Source of the DNA: Chara braunii
Taxonomy: Eukaryota > Plantae > Charophyceae
NCBI GenBank assembly: GCA_003427395.1
Contig: BFEA01000028.1
Span: 4,672,045-4,729,808 of the forward strand
Length of the DNA: 57,764 bases
Reading direction: 5' to 3'
The notes below the pieces were generated by a model that was given only the letters and a program-made list of their open reading frames with translations, did no database searches and was not told the DNA's origin. Every line of letters starts with the position of its first letter. The first letter of the stretch is position 1. The translations under genes were made by a program, and so were the position numbers. This document shows, piece by piece, positions 52,885 to 57,764 of this stretch.

Positions 52885-53815
52885 GACACCCAAACTTATG
52901 GAATGAACCTTACCTTAGCCAGGCCTAAAGTCGGGCCACCCAAACTTATGGAGTGAGCCCAACTTAGCCAAAGTATACACAAACACAGGTCACAACAATT
53001 TTTCTCTTCTTTGGGCATATGACTAGGCCACTCTAACCACCCTGAACTGTTTAAATAGCCAAGTTATATATATCTCTCTGAACTTAATCTTCAAAGCGGG
53101 CGTAGGACTGAGCCATTCATCTTAGAAACAATGCTCAGTCGACCCAAGTTACCTTAAGTTATACTCTTAGTTATACTCTCTTCAGGTTGTGATAAGCTAT
53201 AGTCAGACCACCTAAACTTATAGAATAGTTTGATTAGCTTGTTCATAGATAGAATAATGATAAAATATAGCCAAATTATAACATTGGGTTCCAACATATG
53301 CGGGTTTTGAGTCAGACCACTTGAACTTACAGAACAGTTTGACTCTCTGCCTGATTCATTCTTCTCTGATCCAAGTTATTCATGGCATTGGGCTAGACCA
53401 CTTGAACTTAACAGAACGGCCTACCCTTTGTCAAGTTCATTTTCTCAAAATAAAGCAGGAAGAGGGTGAGCCACTTAAACTTATAGAATGGCTCAGACCT
53501 CCTCGTTCAAAACCAAATAAACAGAGGAAAACCCAAAATAACCAAGGCAACCAAGGCACCTGAACTTAAAGAACGCGCTTGGCCCCTGAGAAAGTCAACC
53601 ATAAGAAGCCCTCACAAGTTAGAGCAACCAGACCACCTAAACTTATAGAACAGTCTGGTCCTCAAGGCAATCCCATAGCACCGGGTCTCCCCAAACTTAT
53701 GGGGACTTCCCAGCCTCCAGAGCACAGACCACCTAAACTTATAAAACGGTCTGACGCTCCACACAGTCCAAAATAAAGCATAGCGCTGGGTCTCCCCAAA
53801 CTTATGGGGACTTCC
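52885..53815. other. Array of about 11 hairpins with an invariant AACTTA loop and variable, complementary stems
   Basis: AACTTA loops at 52893, 52943, 53215, 53324, 53405, 53478, 53563, 53640, 53694, 53735 and 53799, each flanked by inverted sequences that differ between copies. Confidence 0.8.
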
Positions 53816-56800
53816 CAGCCTTAATGACCCAGTCAAACCTCAGACTAGACTGCCTTCCTATCCTGCCCTTTCCTAGATGCAATCTCTTTTTACAATCTGC
53901 TTTCAGTCAATCAACAAAACTGAAACTGAGTTTGCACGCATTCCTTTATTTAATCTGAATCATGTCCCGAAGTCAAACTGAAAGTCAAAGTAGGGATAAA
54001 AACAGTATACTCAGTCAAAACATACCAAGGGTAATACAGATAGAGGCTATAATCTGGGTTTATAGAGGGGGATGGAAGATTACCTTTCAATTTTCTGCCT
54101 CCAGAACTCCTCCTGAGTTCCGGGAGAGCTCCCGCAATCGGTGGGTTGACTCCCCACAGAGTCTTGTTGCGGTCCTACGGGTCGCAATCCCGCCTGCCGC
54201 CTTCCTCTCAGAGCAGGATTAGACCGGGAGTTAGAAGGGCAGAAGTAGGGGTTTCAGACTCTCGAGATACAGGAGAGGGACTGACTCAACTCCCAGGAGA
54301 GGGCCTTGTAATCTTGAATCACCTGAGGGCCCCGCAATGATGCCCAAGAACAACAGCTTGGTTAAACTTGAAGTCAAACTGCTGAATCACCCCTCTGCCA
54401 AACTCCCAAATCGCGGTGATAACCCCCTTCGCCACCACCCCTCCAAACTTCGACAGCGGCCTTCCCCAGCGGCCCAAGCACCTCCCCGACTTTACACCTT
54501 CGCTCCTCATCATAAAGCTGCGGTCCTTCTGCTCCAAACAGTTGCCATACTCCGAACAGCGCAGCCGCCCGCAGCAAGCCCAACAGCTGCTGTGGTAAAG
54601 AATGCGGTCACAGATAGGCAGTAAGACGCATAATTATGAAGCTACAGACGGTGATGTAATGGCCAGAGTGCACAGAGGCGCTCAGCACCGGTAGCAATAA
54701 CATCAGTAAGTGCCCCAAAATACCCCAAATGAACCCTTTTCTTGGTTTGCAGCTGGCCTCTCTGGGTAGCAATGCGCTTATATCCTTCGGACCGACCCCC
54801 CCCCCCCTTCTCCGTTGTTTTAGTCCGGCAGGCTGTGCCACGCACCGGCCAGCTGCCTGGTCTGCACCTCCTGGCCAGACTTACCACTCTGATAAGCCGG
54901 GTGAATACTTCACAGACCACGGGTAATTTCTCAACCTCCGGTCCTCGTCGTCCTGTCGAGCAGGGCGCTAGCCAATAGCCAAGTTCTCAGCCCTTGTCGC
55001 TCGTTATGCACTCCACGGTGGGTCTGCGCTCCAAGCCAGCTCGATCAGGTAGGTAAGTTCTTCTCTCTTTGATCCTCACGTGAAGTATGCGGTACCCAGG
55101 CAGCAGCGCAGCAGCGGGGCGCAGTCGAAGACGCCCACACAACCGACACGGAGCAAGGCAATAGCCTGATCAAACTCGCATTGCGGTTGAACTCCGCAGA
55201 CTGCCGGTTCCCACCACTCACTGAGCCAGGGAATCCCTATGAGAACCACCCGTTATCACCATGGGCAACGCAGACATCCCGAACCGAGCGGCCCCCACCT
55301 CGATGTGCCTGGTTCGGTGGGTGGCAGGCCCCCCCCCTCTCCGTCTCTGTATGTGCAAACTTCAACTGACAGCGGAGCAACACTTCGGCCAATAGGTAAG
55401 TCTCGAACCTTGCGGCTGCTCCACGCTGTCTTGCTGGGATAATCAAGCAACGTCGAATGAACCTTCCGCTGGAGCACGACCAAATACATTTCGTTTGAAC
55501 CCACCAATCTACGGGTAAGTCTTCGGACTCGAGCCTTGCTCTTCACCTCCGTACCAATGAGAGGATGGGCAACACACTCGCTAACATGCATGTCCCCAAC
55601 CCCTCCCGGCAAACCCCACGCTACCTCCGTCAATTGGCTGGGCAGAACCGAGTGAATCTTCTGCAAAAATCTGGTCGGATGCACAACTCTTCGAGATCGC
55701 TCCTCTCCCCACACAGTTCTTTCTTTATTAATCTTCCGTTTTACTAACCCATTACTAAAACTAACGTTACGGTCGCGGTCACCCGCCCTAGAAACCCCAG
55801 AAACGGATCTTCTCTCGCTCGTTTTCATCAGGAAACGAGCGAGATCTCCATTTCTCCCCTATGGCCATATCCGCTCCCACGAAGCTTCCGCGCACTAACT
55901 TCCTTCTCTACCTCTAGATCTACTAACCTACTACATAAATTAACAATGGACCTGAACTCGCCCACCTCAAAAACCCCTATTTCGACACTTGGTTTGCCCG
56001 ATTTCATCAAGGATCGGGCGGGAACCGTGTTCTTTACTCCACCATAGCTCCTATCCCCCACCGCTACGCTGCCCCCTGCTTCGCATGTATCCGGCGCGAC
56101 TTCACGCCCGTATTCATTTTTTCCTTCATTTTGCCTTACTCCCTGCCGCCCATCACTCCGCTCCGCCTTGCCCCTTGGTACTCCGCTCTCTTTACTTCAT
56201 CTCCCTGTTGCTGCGACCCGGTGATCTCCCCGCCATCTCCAGCTCCCCCTTTAGCCCACATGCACCTGGCGCGTTTCCGCGCCTAGGTTCACTCTCTTCA
56301 GTTTGCCCGTTGCCCCCTGCACTGTACTTGTGCGCTACCCGTGCTTTACAACGGCGTTTGCTGACACCGACCGCCGGACGGTGACCAAGGAGACCGAAAT
56401 CTGTCTAATGAGCGCACAACCACTTACCTTCGAACCAGCCTGCCCGACTGCGCAAGGCACTGAGGCGCATGGCCCACGTCCGGCTGCCTCGGGCGAGCCC
56501 GGTACTCCGGCGATCAGGAAAACACGGCCTACTGACGGGTCTACCAATTTTTGCCCGAGGGAGGTGGGTTCCGTGCAACTGGCCGCCACCGCCTAGTCCC
56601 CTGGCCTGTCCGTCCGCCTATCCCCAAGATCGGCCCACCACCTTTAGGGCCCCCAACAGCCAACTCCCACGCGGACAACCCGTTGTCAGGCGGCCACAAG
56701 CAGTGCGCCGCCTGAAATCTACGGTTTAGGGACTTAGGCTTGAAGACAAGTCCGTGCAATGACGGTACTCTGGTTTGACCATGCAGCAAAAATTAGGGGC

Positions 56801-57764
56801 ACCCCGAGTACCCCTAAGATTAGATATGACGACCGTTGAGACTAGCTCTCGAAATTGATAAGAAGGACTACCTTACCGCGGCGGCGTCTATCTCAATACC
56901 GGCGACTTTAGCTTGTTTTCGGGACGGCTGCCTGCTGAACAGCGAGATGGAGATGGGCTTGGGCGTGGTTCTTTTACGCTCCACAAATGACGCAGAAGTG
57001 GGGCCTCGGATATCCTCAATTTTGATATCAAAATTAGAGAAAAGAGAACTTGAATTAAAAACAAAACAAGAAAAGAGAGAAACGGAATATTCATTAATTT
57101 ATTCAAAATCTTTGATGTTTGATTTTTAATGGGACCGCCGTCAATTATTGGACTTNCTGACAATAGAGTGAAAAATAAGAAAGAGGGATCAAAGGCGATA
57201 AAAGAAAAAGAAAACAAAGAATTTTCGTTATTTAACTGAATTTCATCGGAATTTATTTTTGACAAGATTTCTTTATTTTTGTTATTTTCGATAATGGAAC
57301 TAAGAGATAAGGAAAAATAATTAAAAATAATAAAACGANAAGGAAACCCACGATTATCTGATAATTAACTAAATTTTACTTGGTTATTCGTGAGGGGTGC
57401 GCCATGTTGTTCCAATCCGGGTGTTGTGAGTGAGTGTGGGATGGATGCCTGGCGCGGGATTACCACCGGTGCTATTTTGCCTGGGCTTCATTGCTTGGGT
57501 GTTACCGCTGGGTCGATTCGGGCACGGTACTCTGGTTCGGGACAGGCTCGGTATTATTAACACAGTCTTGGGACGGCAGGCCATGGCCCGGACCTGCTAG
57601 GTTTAGAAATTGGTCACTGGTTTGCCGTTGGAAAAGCTACCGCAATGGACCAGTGCGCGATGACCGAGCCTGGATTGACGAGGGCAAGAAATTTTCTGGG
57701 CCTGGAGCATTGGGGCTGTAGGGACTGCGACGCGGACCGAGTCGAAGCAGGGCAGTTGGCCACA

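Larger units (their letters stand above)
50000..56700. mobile_element. Probable LTR-retrotransposon non-coding/LTR-type repeat region
   Basis: No enzymatic motifs. Decayed minus-strand frames at 54.1-55.8 kb and internal repeats resemble algal gypsy LTR/UTR sequence from memory. Boundaries are not established. Confidence 0.35.

Noticed and set aside
52885-53815. CRISPR array interpretation of the repeat-spacer pattern
   Set aside because: Repeats vary in sequence, spacing is irregular, there are no cas genes and the context is eukaryotic.

Overview
Repeat-dense eukaryotic nuclear DNA with several assembly gaps and no recognisable intact host gene. The protein remnants resemble, from memory, high-copy hypothetical proteins of the charophyte alga Chara; this assignment is an inference and was not searched. 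From left to right: (CA)n and AT-rich DNA; a minus-strand cluster of decayed, partly tandem-duplicated ORFs with a possible GIY-YIG remnant (2-8.4 kb); a plus-strand, apparently spliced large ORF followed by a truncated Penelope-like reverse transcriptase (9.8-15.1 kb); L1/Tx1-type LINE fragments and a near full-length but disabled LINE ending in poly(A) (ORFs 21.1-28.2 kb, possible extent 18.2-29.6 kb); two organelle-derived fragments (SSU rRNA at 29.7 kb, group II intron RT at 40.9 kb); palindrome and foldback arrays typical of DNA-transposon debris (34.8-38.3 kb); a pol-deleted chromovirus-type Ty3/gypsy element (45.7-48.2 kb); two satellites (about 173 bp and 91 bp units); and LTR-like repeat DNA. 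The most unusual signal is an array of about 11 hairpins at 52.9-53.8 kb that share an invariant AACTTA loop while their stems change sequence yet keep pairing.
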